From the NCBI RefSeq assembly GCF_963921235.1, contig NC_086097.1, forward strand, positions 179,244,001-179,308,000: 64,000 nt of DNA, given 5' to 3'. Numbering within the stretch: the stretch's first letter is position 1; every line of letters starts with the position of its first letter. This document shows, in pieces, positions 13,803 through 26,220 of the stretch. This stretch comes from Mobula hypostoma (Eukaryota). Under the pieces are notes generated by a model, which made no database searches, was not told the origin of the DNA, and saw only the letters and a program-made list of their open reading frames with translations. The position numbers and the translations under genes were made by a program.

Positions 13803-13930
13803 TGTGTGGGTTTCCTCTCGGTACTCCGGTTTCCTCCAACATCCTAAAGACGTACAGCTTGGTAGGTTTATTGGTCACGTGGGTATAATTGGGCCAGAAG
13901 AGCCTGTTAATGTGCTGTGTATCTAAGTAA
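13803..13930 (+). mobile_element. V-SINE (HE1-like) central domain fragment
   Basis: TGTGTGGGTTTCCTCTCGGTACTCCGGTTTCCTCCAACATCCTAAAGACGTAC matches the V-domain pattern. Reverse copies lie near 12440-12590 and 59445-59610. Confidence 0.65.
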
Positions 13931-13961
13931 ACAAAATCTCTTCCTCCTGATGTAGCTGTTA

Positions 13962-14440
13962 CGGCTGATTTATACTTGTGCGTATGGGCTATGCCGAAGG
14001 CCTGATTTATACTTTTGCCTAGCCCTATGCCGTAGCGAGCATGTGTAGTTGTGTCTGCGTCGCTCTGCAATTCACCGCCAAAACATTAGTTGGCGGTGGA
14101 GTTTCTATGCCACTGTGTTGAGTTTCTTCGTGAGAGACATGGATGAGGAAGCGCATTTGAAATATTTTTGGATGTCGGCAGGTAGATTTGACGATTTGGT
14201 TCATCGTCTCCAACCATTTATTTCGCATCAGTGTGCAGACATGGCGGAGAAAAGCAACTGGAAATGTGTATGAGGAAATGCGATGCTACCAAGCGAACCA
14301 ATCACAATTGTTGTGGTCTGCGTCGCCACGATGTGTGAGTTACATTTTTGGGGAGGTGCATGCCACCCTATGGCGTAAGGTACAGCGTAGGGCACGCGAT
14401 ACCTACGGCGTACATTTGACGCACAAGTATAAATCAGCCT
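13962..14440 (+). mobile_element. Non-autonomous PIF/Harbinger DNA transposon
   Basis: 21-bp perfect TIR GGCTGATTTATACTTGTGCGT; TTA TSD at 13959-61 and 14441-43; internal remnant [30 protein letters not shown] resembles the Harbinger transposase N-terminus. Confidence 0.9.
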
Positions 14441-14492
14441 TTATTCCAAAGCGGTGTTGTGGGGAAATAGTTAACTAATTGTTGTGTTTTAG

Positions 14493-14578
14493 GTCAGAGC
14501 AAGTCTAACTTTGGCTGGGCACCACTGCACTTGGCCTGTTATTTTGGGCATAAAGACGTGGTGGAGGAATTATTAAAG
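14493..14578 (+). CDS. OSBPL1A: ORP1L-like coding exon 2 (ankyrin repeat)
   Basis: ttttag|GT CAG...AAG|gtagg; (G)QSKSNFGWAPLHLACYFGHKDVVEELLK; 86 nt, phase 1 to 0. Confidence 0.95.
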
Positions 14579-17500
14579 GTAGGTTTTGATGTGCATTAAT
14601 TGATTTAAGTTCGAGATTTCACATGAAGGACATTATGACTGCTCATAAGTGGATATTTAATTGTGTTTGGTTTTTTTTGCTAAAAATGTGCAAGTATTGT
14701 TAAAGTTTGCATTATTAGTGATGTCGCATTCTGTCCAGATACTGAAGCTCCTTCCATTCTCTTGGATCTGATTGAAAAAGAGAAGGTGCAGAAAATAATT
14801 AATAACCTTTGGAATTACGGGATGGAAGTAAATGTTCACATTGTACATAGGAAAGGAGAAAAAGGCCATCAGGGGCAGCTTCTTCACACAGAGGGTGCTG
14901 CATATTTGGTATATAATATATAATGCGTATATAATGAGCGGCCAGAAATAGTGGTTGAGCTGAGCACATTGGCAACATTTAAAAGCTGTTTAGAGAAGGG
15001 CATGGATAGGAGAGGTTCAGAAAGCTATGGGCCAAATGCAGGCAGGTGGGACTAGTTGACTGGGCAACAGTTAGGCTGAAAGACCTATCTCCATGCTGTA
15101 TAACTCTATGGTTGTAACAGCACAGAATAAGAGCATTCCCACAATGCCAAATTAAACAAAGTCCCTCCTGCCTTCATTCCCTGCATATTCCCATGTGTAT
15201 CCAAATGACTCATAAGCAGCACTACTGTTCTGCTGAGAATTAGTTATTACTCAGAGAGGAGGCTGTTTGGCCCCTTGACTCTGTGCTTCCTTTCAGTGTG
15301 TCATCTAAGAAACAGCAAGCCCTCTCAAGCTTGGAATTGATTTATTATTATAACATGAACCGAGGTACAATGGACAGCTTGTCTTGCATACTGTATGCAC
15401 AGTGCATTGAGGTAGAACAAGGTAAAACAATAATGCAGAATAAAATGTAACAGCTACGGAGAAAGTGTAGTGCAAGGTAGATGAGTTTCTAAGTCACAAT
15501 GAGGTGTACTGTGAAGTCAGGAGTCCAATTTATCGCACTAGGGGACCGTTCAGTAGTCTTATAATACCGGGTTAGAAACCATGTGGTATGAGCTTTCAGT
15601 GTTTTGTATCTTCTATCCAATGGAAGAAGTGAGAAGACAGAATGTCTGGGATGGGTGGGTTCTTTGATTATGCTGATCGCTTTATCAAGGCCGTGACAAT
15701 TATTAACCATAAAAGGGAGGCAGATTTTCATGATGTGCTGGCTGTGACCATGAGTCCCCAGTTTCTTGTGGTCACTGGCAGAATAGTTGCCGTACCAAGC
15801 TGCGATACATCCACCTAGAATGCTTTCTAAAGGCTCAAAAGTTCATTTTATTATCAAAGTATGAATGCAGAGCTTCATCTTCTCCAGATAGCCATAAAAT
15901 ATAGAAGAACCATGAGAGTTGTTGAAACCCCTTCCTGCACAAAAAAGAAAAAGAAACAAAATTCTGAAACCCCCAACCCCACCCCAAACCCCTCCTTCGC
16001 ACAATGTGCAGTGATAAAACTTGGTGAGAGTTGACAGAGATATGTCAAATTTCTTTTGCCTCCTGAGGAAGTAGAAGTGTTGGTGTGCTTTCTTGGACGC
16101 AATATCAATCTGGTTGGACCAAGACAGGCAGTTGGCGATGTTTATTCCTAGTCATCACTCACAAAAGGAAAAAATACTCCTCATCTCTGTCTGAAATAGG
16201 TGAGCCATTGCTCTGAAATGGCCCCTGGTTAAGGAAACAACTTCTCAGCATCCTCTCTGTTAATCTGCCTCAGTTTGGTGTTTCATTGTGATCACTTCTC
16301 AATCTTAAACTCCAAACCAACTGCTTCCACCACCACCCTGAGTAACCCAGGCACCTACTATACTCTGCATTTTAAAAAAAATCTTGCCCCTTGTGACCTT
16401 TAAACTTCCTCCCTCTGACCTTAAAAGGGTGTCCTGTGGTGTTTGACATTTCTACCTTGCGAGCAGATTTTGACTGTCTAATTTATCTGTGCTTCACTAA
16501 TCTGTATGGGTGCAACCTGCTCAGTCTGTCTTCAAGTCTTCATCCTCCATCACCTTTCCTCATACTGCCTTCAGTATAAGTATGTACTTGAATTTGTGGA
16601 CCAGAACTGCTTAAGAATCGGATTTATTATTACTGACATATGACTGTACGCAGATTTCCAGTGCAATCTCAATAGCGCCCAGTCAAGTTGCGTCAGGCGT
16701 TCTCTGCTTTTGTCCTTCGTCTCCCTTGTGATACAGACCACGTTCTGTTATCCTTGCTTAGCTGTGTGCTGACCCTTTGTGTTTCATCCACCAGAGCTCT
16801 CAGATCCCATTATGTCGCCACGTTTTGTTGTCTCACTGCAGGCGAGTAATAACTTTCCATTAGTGAGAAAAGATGAACTTTATTTGGCACATGCACATTG
16901 CAACATAGAGTGCAATGTGTCATTAGAGTCAATGACCAACACAGTCCCAGCAGTTGCTGGTGCAGCTCGCGAGTGCCATCATATTTCCAGTGCCAACGTA
17001 GCATACCACAACTCGCTAACCTTAACCTATACGACTTTGGAACGCTGGGGCACCCAGAAAAAAACCCATGATGTCAGAGGGGGAGTGTAAAAGCTCCTTT
17101 CAGACAGTGCAGGAATTAAACCTTGATCACGGCCATCGTAAAGCGTTACTCTAACACCATGCTGCTGTGCCACCCTTTCTCCCTTCCAGCTCACGCATTG
17201 CCATATTAAACCCTCATCCTTTAGCTATCTACCCACTCAAAATAACATGCCTATATCCTATATGCTCTTCAAAGAGCATCACATAAGAAGAAAGTAACCA
17301 GGAGCAGGAGTAGGCCACCTGGCTCGTTGGGCCTGCTCAGACATTCAATAAGATCATGGCTGATCTGGCCATGGACTCAACTCCACCTACCGGCCTTTTT
17401 CCCAATAACCCTTCTATGCATTCTCCTGCTATGCAAAAATCTATCAAACTCTTCCTTAAATATATTTAAATATTATATATATTTCCTTAAGTATATTTTC

Positions 17501-18541
17501 TCAAATATTTTCCTTAAATATATTTAATGAGGTAGCCTCTACTGCTTCCCTGGGAAGAAAATTTACAGATTCTCCTCATCTCCAACCTAAATCTACTCAC
17601 CCAAATCTTGAGGCTCTGTCCCCTAGTTCTCATCTCACCTGCCAGTGGATACAACTTTTCTGACTATCTTAGCCATCTCTTTCATAATCTTATATGTTTC
17701 TATAAAATTCTTCTGAATTCCGGAGAGAATAGTCCCAGGCAATTCAATCTCTCCTCATAGCTAGCACCCCCCGCCCCTCACCTCTGGAATCACTGGAGGC
17801 TGGGTCTGAGGAAAGACCTGATTGATGTTGGTAAAATTATGAGAGGCATACGGTAGACAGTCAGAGTCCTTTCCCTGTATCAGACATTAAACAACATGTT
17901 TTTAGGGTTAGAGGAGGATGTTTGATGATAACATGTTTTTTACACAGTGAGTTGTATGTCCATGGAATGGGTTACCGGGAGTAGTTAGTGGCAGCAGCTA
18001 GCTTGTTAGGGTTTAAGATGAATAGGAAGGGAAGAGAAGAATACGAGTGATACACAGGGTAAGGATATTTCGTATAAATTGACATAGTTCGGCACAACAT
18101 CATGGGCCGATTGACCTGTCCCGCGCTGTATTCTTCTATGTTCCATTCCCCTCCTCCTCGTAGGAGGGAAGAGAAGTGGAGTTGGGAGACAATGGAATTA
18201 GGAAGCAGATAATGAGAACAGCTTATAATCACTCCTCCTATCAGACAGAAGGTACAAAAGCCTGCAATCATTTCCCACCAGGTGAAAGGACAACTTCTAT
18301 CCCACTCTTATAGACTCTTGACTGAACCTCCTGTGCATTAAGGTGGACTCTTTGTGCCCTCCTCACACTTATCTTTGAATCATCATCGAATTTGACTCCA
18401 GTGCAGTTAGTCCCAATATGTAAAACTGTCTGCATCCTGCTCCAGGAAGCGACAAATCAGCTGGCAGCTTGGTGTTGGTGATCCTGGTGGTGAGTGCCAG
18501 GTAAAACTGAAATGTTCACCAGTTTGTTGTGTTACTGGCAG

Positions 18542-18616
18542 GCTGGTGCAGATGTGAACGTGGTGAATGACGTTGGGGACACACCTCTTCACCGGGCATC
18601 CTTCACTGGCAGGAAG
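18542..18616 (+). CDS. OSBPL1A: ORP1L-like coding exon 3 (ankyrin repeat)
   Basis: ggcag|GCT...AAG|gtgagc; AGADVNVVNDVGDTPLHRASFTGRK; 75 nt. Confidence 0.95.
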
Positions 18617-19362
18617 GTGAGCGAGAATTTTTGCAAAACCACCACTGATGTTGTTCAATATCAGCTACTGCTGTTTTAATGATTTGATTTATTATTGTCA
18701 CTTGTACTGAGGAACAGTAAAAAAAAAACTGTGTGTTGCATTCCATCCATACAGATCGCGTCAGTGATGGGTTAAGAGTGAAAGGTGTGAAATTTAAGGG
18801 GAACATGAGGGGAAATTTCACTCGGGGTAGTGGGAGTGTGGAATGAGCTGCCAGTACAAGTGATGAATGTGAGGTTGTGTTCAGTGTTTAAGAAAAGTTT
18901 GGATAGGTAGGGGAATTTGCATGGACCAGATGGACCGAAGGGCCTGTTTTTGTGCTGTTCTTCTCTATGACTCATGTTTAAAAAAAGTAGTGAGCTAGTA
19001 TTTATGGGTTCAATGTACATTCAGAAATCAGGTGGCAGAGGAGAAGAAGCTGTTCCTGAACAGTTGAGTTTATGCCTTCAGGTTTCTGTACCTCCTTCTT
19101 GGTAGCAGTGAGAAGAGGGCATGTCCTGGGTGGTGGGGCTCTTCAATTATGGGTGTAGGCAAACGGTATGGTGCATTACAATGATGAGATAGTTTGTGAG
19201 GTCAGGAGTCTGTTTTATCAGAATTGGGACTATCTAATAGTCTTATAACACGGGGACAGAAGCTGTCCGTGAGTCTGGTGGTATTTGGGGGGAGAAGTGG
19301 GTATGTCTGGCTCCAATGTTATTTGTAGTCTCCTAATATCCCAACTGGTGGCTGGATACAAA

Positions 19363-19738
19363 TGTACAAACTGGGCACAGGGGAGTGAGTGTCACTTAGT
19401 CCCTCGGGATTGTACAAAGTGGGCACAGGGGAGGGAATGTCACTCAATCCCTTGGGATTGTACAAAATGGGCACAAGGGAGGGAATGTCACTCAATCCCT
19501 GGGGATTGTACAAACTGGGCACAGGAGAGTGAGCGTCACTCAGTCCCTCGGTTTCGTACAAAGTGAGCACAGGGGAGTGAGTGTCACTCAGTCCCTGGGG
19601 ATTGTACAAACTGGGGGAGGGACGGAATGTTACTCAATCCCTCGGGTTTGTACAAACTGGGCACAGGGAGTGAGTGTCACTCAGTTCCTCGGATTTGTAC
19701 AAACTGGGGGAAGGAGGGTCACTTGGTCCCTCAGGTTT
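19363..19738. repeat. 48-bp minisatellite, about 8 copies
   Basis: Units start at 19363, 19411, 19459, 19507, 19555, 19603, 19649 and 19696. Consensus approx. TGTACAAACTGGGCACAGGGGAGTGAGTGTCACTCAGTCCCTCGGGAT. Confidence 0.95.
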
Positions 19739-20557
19739 GGTTTCACCAGACCGTAGAACCTTCTTCCAGCTGACTTTGGAGTCTTCTGGCAAACGCTAGC
19801 CAAAATTTCCTGTGAGCTTTTTTCAACAGTGGCTTTCTCTTTGCCACTGCCCCACAAAGTTGCAACTGGTGAAGCACCCAGGTAACAGTTGTTGTATGTA
19901 CAGTCTGTCGCAGCTCAACCACTGAAGCTTGTAACTCCTCCAGGTTGTCATGGGTCTCTTGGTGACCTCCCTCCCTCCTTGCACGGTCACTCAGTTTTTA
20001 AGGATGGCCTGTTCTCGGCAGCTGTGTCATATTCTTTCTATTTCTTGGTGATACACTTAACTGCATTCTAAGGGATATTCAGTGACTTGGAAATTTTCTT
20101 GTATCCACCTTCTGATGTGCTTTTTGTGGAGTTGCATGGAGTGTTCTTTTGTCCTCATGGTGTAGTTTTGGTCAAGATACTGACTCACCAGCAGTTGGAC
20201 CTTCCAGCAACAGGAGTATTATTACTGCAATCAGTTGAAACACCGTGACTGCACACAGGTGATCTCCATTTAACTCATTATATGAATCCTATAACCAACT
20301 GGCTGCACCAGTGATGATTTGGTGTGTCATATTAAAGGGGGTGAATACTTATGCAATCAATTATTTTGTGTTTTATATTTGTAATTAATTTAGTTCACTT
20401 TGTTGAGATTTACTTTCACTTTGACACAAAAGAGTCTTTTTCTGTTGATCATTGTCAAAAAAAGCCAAATTACATCTATTGTGATTCAGTGTTGTAAAAC
20501 AATAAAACATGAAAACTTCCATGGGGGTGGGGGGATGAATACTTTTTATAGGCTCTG
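19735..20557 (-). mobile_element. Tc1-like transposon, truncated (left TIR plus transposase 5' part)
   Basis: Homologous to 37100-38273 and 52564-55000; TIR end ...GAATACTTTTTATAGGCTCTG. Confidence 0.9.
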
Positions 20558-21536
20558 TGTGTATATTCTGAGGTACTTTGAAAACACACATTTCCACGGT
20601 TCTTTGAAGGACAGAGGTCCAAAGATGCTAACACTTGCTTGTCATAAACACAAAGAGATTCTGCAGCTATTGAAAATTTTGAGCACATGTACAAACAGTA
20701 CTAGAGGATATCAGCAGGTCAGGCAGCATCTGTGGAAGGGAATAAACAGTCGACGTTTCGGACTGGGACACTTCAGGAATGTTCGTCTCTGCCACAAATG
20801 GATGACTCCCACACCTGTGGTCAGAATGCCATCATCGCTTTTTTTAAAATAATCTTCACCTTGTTTTCAAGTTCATCAATACGACATGGACACTTCCCTT
20901 GGTAGTATCTACAGGAGGTTCAAAGGTCAAAGTAAATTTATTACCAAAGTACGTATATATCAGCATGATTCATTTTCTTGCAGGATTTCATAGTAAAAAA
21001 ATGAATTACAATAGAATCAATGAAAAATTCATGTAAAGACTGACAACCACTCTACAAAAAATACATTGTGCAAATTTGAAAAAAAAATACTGAGAACATG
21101 ATTTGTCGAGTCGTTAGAAGTGAGTCCATAGGCTATGGAATTAGTTCAGAGTTGAGGTGAGTGAAGTTATTCATGCTGGTTCAGGACTCTGATGGTTGAA
21201 GGGTAGTAACTGTTCCTGAACCTGGTGGTGTGAAATCCAAGGTTCCTCGTACCTTTTGCCTGGTGGCAGCAGCGAGAAGAGAGCATGGCCTAGATGGTGG
21301 TGTCTTTGCTGATGGATGGTGCTTTCCTGTGTCAGCTCTCCTTGTAGGTGTGCTCAACGTGCTTCAGGCAATGCCTCAATAAGGCAACATCCATCATCAA
21401 AGATCCCCATCGTCCAGACCATGCCATCTTCGGGCAGGAGGTACAGAAGCTTGAAATCCCACGCCACCAGGTTCCAGCTAGCTACTTCCCTCTGACAGTT
21501 TGGTTCTTGAAGCAACCAGCACAACCCTAAGTAGCG

Positions 21537-22095
21537 CGCACACAAAATGCTGGAGGAACTTGGCAGGTCAGGCAGCATCTATGGAAAGGAATAAACAGTC
21601 AACATTTCAGGTTGAGTCTCTCCAGGACTGGAAAAGACGAAGAAGCAGCCAGAATATGAATGTGGAGAAGGGAAAGGAGCACTAGCTAGATAATAGATTA
21701 AGCAAATATACGGAGGGGGGTGGGATGAAGTGAGAAGCTGGGAGGTGATAGGCGGAAAACATAAATGAGTGGAGAATAAGTAATCTGTTAGGAGAGGAGA
21801 GTGTGGGAGAAAAGGGAAAGAGGAGGAGCACCCGGGGGAGGTGATAATGCAGGTGAGGATAGAAGATTTAAGGCAGGAGCCAGAGTTAGGAATGGAAGAA
21901 GAGGGGAGGGGGAGAAATGACTGGATGTTTGAGAAACCGATGTTCGTGCCATCAGGTTGGAGGCTATCAGAATGAGTTGTTGCTCCTACAGTCTGAGAGT
22001 TGGCTCATCATGGCAGGAGAGGAGGCCATCAACTGACATGTTGGAATGGGAGTGGGGGCTGGAATTTAAATGGTTGGCCACTGGGAAATCCTGCT
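21537..22095 (-). mobile_element. Penelope-like element 3' end
   Basis: Terminal-repeat motif, purine-rich tract and a GIY-YIG C-terminal remnant homologous to 1824-2395. Confidence 0.7.
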
Positions 22096-22636
22096 ACCTC
22101 AGTATAGCAACAGCATGACCACTAAGCATTACAATGGACTTTGTATTTTTTTTGTCTTAGTTGTTCTTTCTTGTAAATTTTGCATAATTTATGTTGATTT
22201 ATGCTTTTCTTGTGAATGCTGCTTTACTGATGTTACGTGCCTGTGATGATGCCAGTAAGTTTTTAAATTGCACCCGTGCACACATGTACTATATGTGTGC
22301 ATATGACAATAAATTCACCTTTGACTCTAAAAATCCCTCCATGGTCCTGTCTCCTCTTCCTCCCTGTCGATCTTTGCCAACCCCAGAGTCTCACTGTTTC
22401 ATCAGATTCCACAAGGCACGTTCTCATTCAGTGTGGCCCTAACTTCCTCCAGTAGCCAGACCTTCATCTGTTCCCCATCTCCTGCACCTTGTTCCTCTCT
22501 GGAGACACTTCTTTAAAACAACAGCTTGGTTTAAAGCCCAACAGCTTTAGTATCAAATACAATCCAACAGTATCACTGTGGCACCAAGCATTACGCCTTA
22601 CTGAACTGTCCTTGCTGGAATGTAGTCCAGGGTCTT

Positions 22637-23143
22637 AAACACAAGAGATTCTGCAGATCTGGAAATCTAGAGCAACACACACAAACTGCCAATGGAACCC
22701 AGCAGGCCAGGCAGTATCTATAGAGGGGACTAAATAGTCAACTTCATCAGGACTGGAAAGGAATGGGCCTGAAGCTAGAATAAGAAGGTAGGGGGAGGGA
22801 GAGAAGTACACTCTGGCAGGTGATAGGTGAGACCAGGTGAGGGGGAAGTGGGTGGGTGGGGAAGGGGGAATGACAGAAACAACTGGGAGGTGAGAGTTGG
22901 AAGGGGTAGCGGATGGAAGATGAAGGAATCTAATAGGAGAGGATAGTAGATGGACAGAAGGAAGGTAAGGAAGAGGGGAACCACAGAGAGGTAAAAGGCA
23001 GGTGAGCAGAAGAGAATGGGTAAGAGAGTAACCAACATTAGCAATGGCAAACGAGAGGAAGAGGGAGAAATTACCAGATGTTAGAGAAATTGATGGTGAT
23101 GCCATCAGGTTGGAGGCTACCCAGAGGCATATGAGGTGTTGCT
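22637..23143 (-). mobile_element. Penelope-like element 3' end
   Basis: Same family. ORF 22635-23174(-) contains QQHLICLWVASNLM (frameshifted endonuclease tail); the hammerhead is internally deleted at about 22735-22755. Confidence 0.7.
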
Positions 23144-23295
23144 GGAAGCAGGTGTAGGCTGTTGTTGGGTACATTTGTTACCATTCTCCTGCCTTCTACG
23201 ACATTGAAGGAAACTATTTGGTCAATTGTCTCTTTACTGCTCAAGAGAAAGAGCTACCCAGTCTTAGCCCGTCCTCCAGCATGAAGTTACATTTA

Positions 23296-25135
23296 GAGAG
23301 ACATAGAGCCATAGAGTACAGCAAGAAACAGGACCTTCGGCCCATCTAGTCCATGTCGAAACCATTTATTCTGCCTACTCACAACGACCTGCACTGGGAC
23401 CATAGCCCTCCATATCCCGACTAGCCATGTACCTGTCCAAACTTAAACGTTGAAATTGAGCTCGTATGGATTACTTGTGCTGGCAGCTCATTCCACACTC
23501 TCATGAGTGAAGAAGTTTCCCCTCATGTTCCTCTTAAAATTCTCACCTTTCACCCTTAATCCATGATCTTTGGTTGTAGTCCCACAACTTCAGTGGGGAA
23601 AAAGCCTGCTTGCATTTGCCCTACCTATACCTTTCATAATTTTGTATACCTCTATGAAATCTCTTCTCAGTCTTCTACGTTCCAAAGAATACAGTCCTAA
23701 CCTATTCAATCTTTCCTTATAACTCAGGTCCTCCAGACCTGGCAACATCCTTGTAAATTTTCTCAGTACTCTTTCAACCTTATTGACATCTTTTCCATAG
23801 GTAGGTGACCAAAACTGCAACAATACTCCAACTACACAAATGTCTTGTCCAATGTAACATCCCATCTTTTGTACTCAGTACTTTGACTTATGAAGGTCAA
23901 TGTGCCAAAAACTTTCTTTACGACCCTGTCTACTTGTGATGCCACTTTCAATGAATTACAGACCTGTATTCCCAGATCCCACTTCTACCATTCCTCAGTG
24001 CCCTACCATTCACTGTGCAAGACCTACCCTGGTTGGTCCTACTGAAGTGCAAAACCTCACGTGTCTGCATTAATTTCCATCGGCCATTTTTCAAGTTGAT
24101 GCAGATCCCTCTGCAAGCCATGATAGACCAGAAGACATAGAGCAGAATTAGGCCATCTCACCCATCGAGTCTGCTGTGTCATTCAATCATGGCTGATCCT
24201 TTTTTTTCTCTCCTCTTCAACCCCAGTTCCCGGCCTTCTCCCTGTAACCTTTGATGCCATGTCCAATCAAGAACCTATCAATCTCTGCCTTAAATACACC
24301 CAACAACCTGGCTTCCACAGCTGCATGTGACAACAGATTCCACAAATTCACCACCCTTTGGCTAAAGAAATTTCTCTGCATCTCTGTTTTGAAAGGGTGT
24401 CCCTCAATTCTAAGTTTGTGCCCTCTTGTCCTAGACTCTCCCACCATGGGAAATATCTTTTCCAATTCTACTCTGTCTAGGCCTTTCAACATTTGAAAGG
24501 TTTCAATGAGATCCCCCCCTTATCCTTCTGAATTCCAATGAGTACAGACCCAGAGCCATCAAATGTTCCTCATATTATAACCCTTTCATTCCTGGAATCA
24601 TCCTTGTGAACCTCCTCAGGATACTTTCCAATGCCAGCACATCTTTTCTAAGATGAGGGGCCCAAAACTGTTCACAATACTCAAGGTGAGGCCTCACCAG
24701 TGCCTGATAAAGCCTCAGCATCACATCCTTGCTCTTGTATTCTAGACCTCTTGAAATGAATGCTAACATGGCATTTGCCTTCCTCATCACCGACTCAGTC
24801 TGCAAGTTAACCTTCAGGGTGTTCTGCACAAGGACTCCCAAGTCCCTCTGCATCTGAGATTCCTGTGTTTTCTCCCCGTTTAGAAAATAGTCGGCACATT
24901 TATTACTACTACCAAAGCATGTGACCATGCATTTTCCAACATTGTATTTCATTTGCCACTTTCTTGCCCATTCTAATCTGTCTAAGTCATTCTGCATCCT
25001 ACCTGTTAACCTTAACACTACCTGCCCCTCCACCAATCTTCGTATGATAGCCTTCCTCACTGTCCACTACACCTCCAATCTTCATGGTATCCGTAAATTT
25101 GCTGATCCATTTTACCACAGATCATCCAGATTATT
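23296..25135 (-). mobile_element. Nested CR1 LINE 3' portions
   Basis: WARKWQMKYNVGKC, RDLGVLV, LVRPHLEYCEQFWAPHL and RRLRRDFIEVYKIM. A second CR1 (about 24124-25045) interrupts the first. Confidence 0.9.
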
Positions 25136-26108
25136 TAAACCAGGACGATACACATCTAACATAAAGTGACTGCAGCAGAGTGCAGCTCCCCTTCTGTGTG
25201 TTATGTGATCCAGACTCAACAATGAATTCAATGGTTTAAGATTAATTGCCAGTTCTAGCTTTTGTATCTCACATTTCCAGTGATCACACCTCCCTATGGT
25301 AATTTCAGATATTTTCCATTTCCAACTTCTTCCGCCTCCCCATCTCCACCGCTTATTACTCGTACGGCATCACCACTACCTGATCCCACACTTACCCTTC
25401 AGTCTTTCCATCCTGCCCCTTTCTCTGCTTCTTGAAACTTATTTCATCTCCAGCTTTTCCCACTGAAAGGTATTCAACCTGAAATGCCAACTGTCTAGAG
25501 TCCTTCCCCACAGATGACCTGACCTCCTGAGCATCTCCAGCATTGTCTGTTTTTATTTTGGACTACCAGTATCTACAAGACTTTGCATCCTGTTGCCCTT
25601 TGGTTCGATTCCTAAAGGGATTGGACAGGCTAGATGCAGGAAGATTGTTCCCGATGTTGGGGAAGTCCAGAGCGAGGGGTCACAGTTTGAGGATAAAGGG
25701 GAACCCTTTTAGGACCGAGATGAGGAAAAACTTCTTCACACAGAGAGTGGTGAATCTGTGGAATTCTCTGCCACAGGAAACAGTTGAGGCCAGTTCATTG
25801 GCTATATTTAAGAGGGAGTTAAATATGGCCCTTGTGGCTAAAGGGGTATGGAGGGAAGGCTGGTACAGGGTTCTGAGTTGGATGATCAGCGATGATCATA
25901 CTGAATGGCGGTGCAGGATCAAAGGGCCGAATGGCCTACTCCTGCACCTATTTTCTGTGTTTCTATGATTCCAGCCACAGTGGTGCCCTGTAATTGGTAG
26001 AGGCTGATATTGGTGCTTTCAAGGGCAAGCAGAAACTTAGTGGGCCTCGAGGCCCTTTCTTGCATTTCCATGACAACCTGGGCTTATGCTGCACCTTGTA
26101 TTTTGCAG

Positions 26109-26220
26109 GAGCTGGTTCTGCTGCTGTTACAGCACAGTGCCGACACTGGAGTTATCAATGGGGATGGTGAGACAGCCAGAGGTGTGACCCAGGATGCAGA
26201 CATCCGATGCATGTTGGAAG
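26109..26220 (+). CDS. OSBPL1A: ORP1L-like coding exon 4
   Basis: ttttgcag|GAG...GAAG|gtaggg; ELVLLLLQHSADTGVINGDGETARGVTQDADIRCMLE; 112 nt. Confidence 0.95.

Noticed and set aside
14049..14273. HARBI1 host gene exon
   Set aside because: Short remnant inside a TIR/TSD-bounded non-autonomous element.
19363..19738. CRISPR array or repetitive protein gene
   Set aside because: Head-to-tail units with no unique spacers, no cas genes, and a vertebrate intron context. The ORFs are a by-product of the 48-bp period.
22635..23174. Hydrophobic or Pro/Ser-rich membrane protein ORFs (also 1803-2228, 843-1229)
   Set aside because: These are translations of the pyrimidine-rich PLE tract, repeated at several loci.
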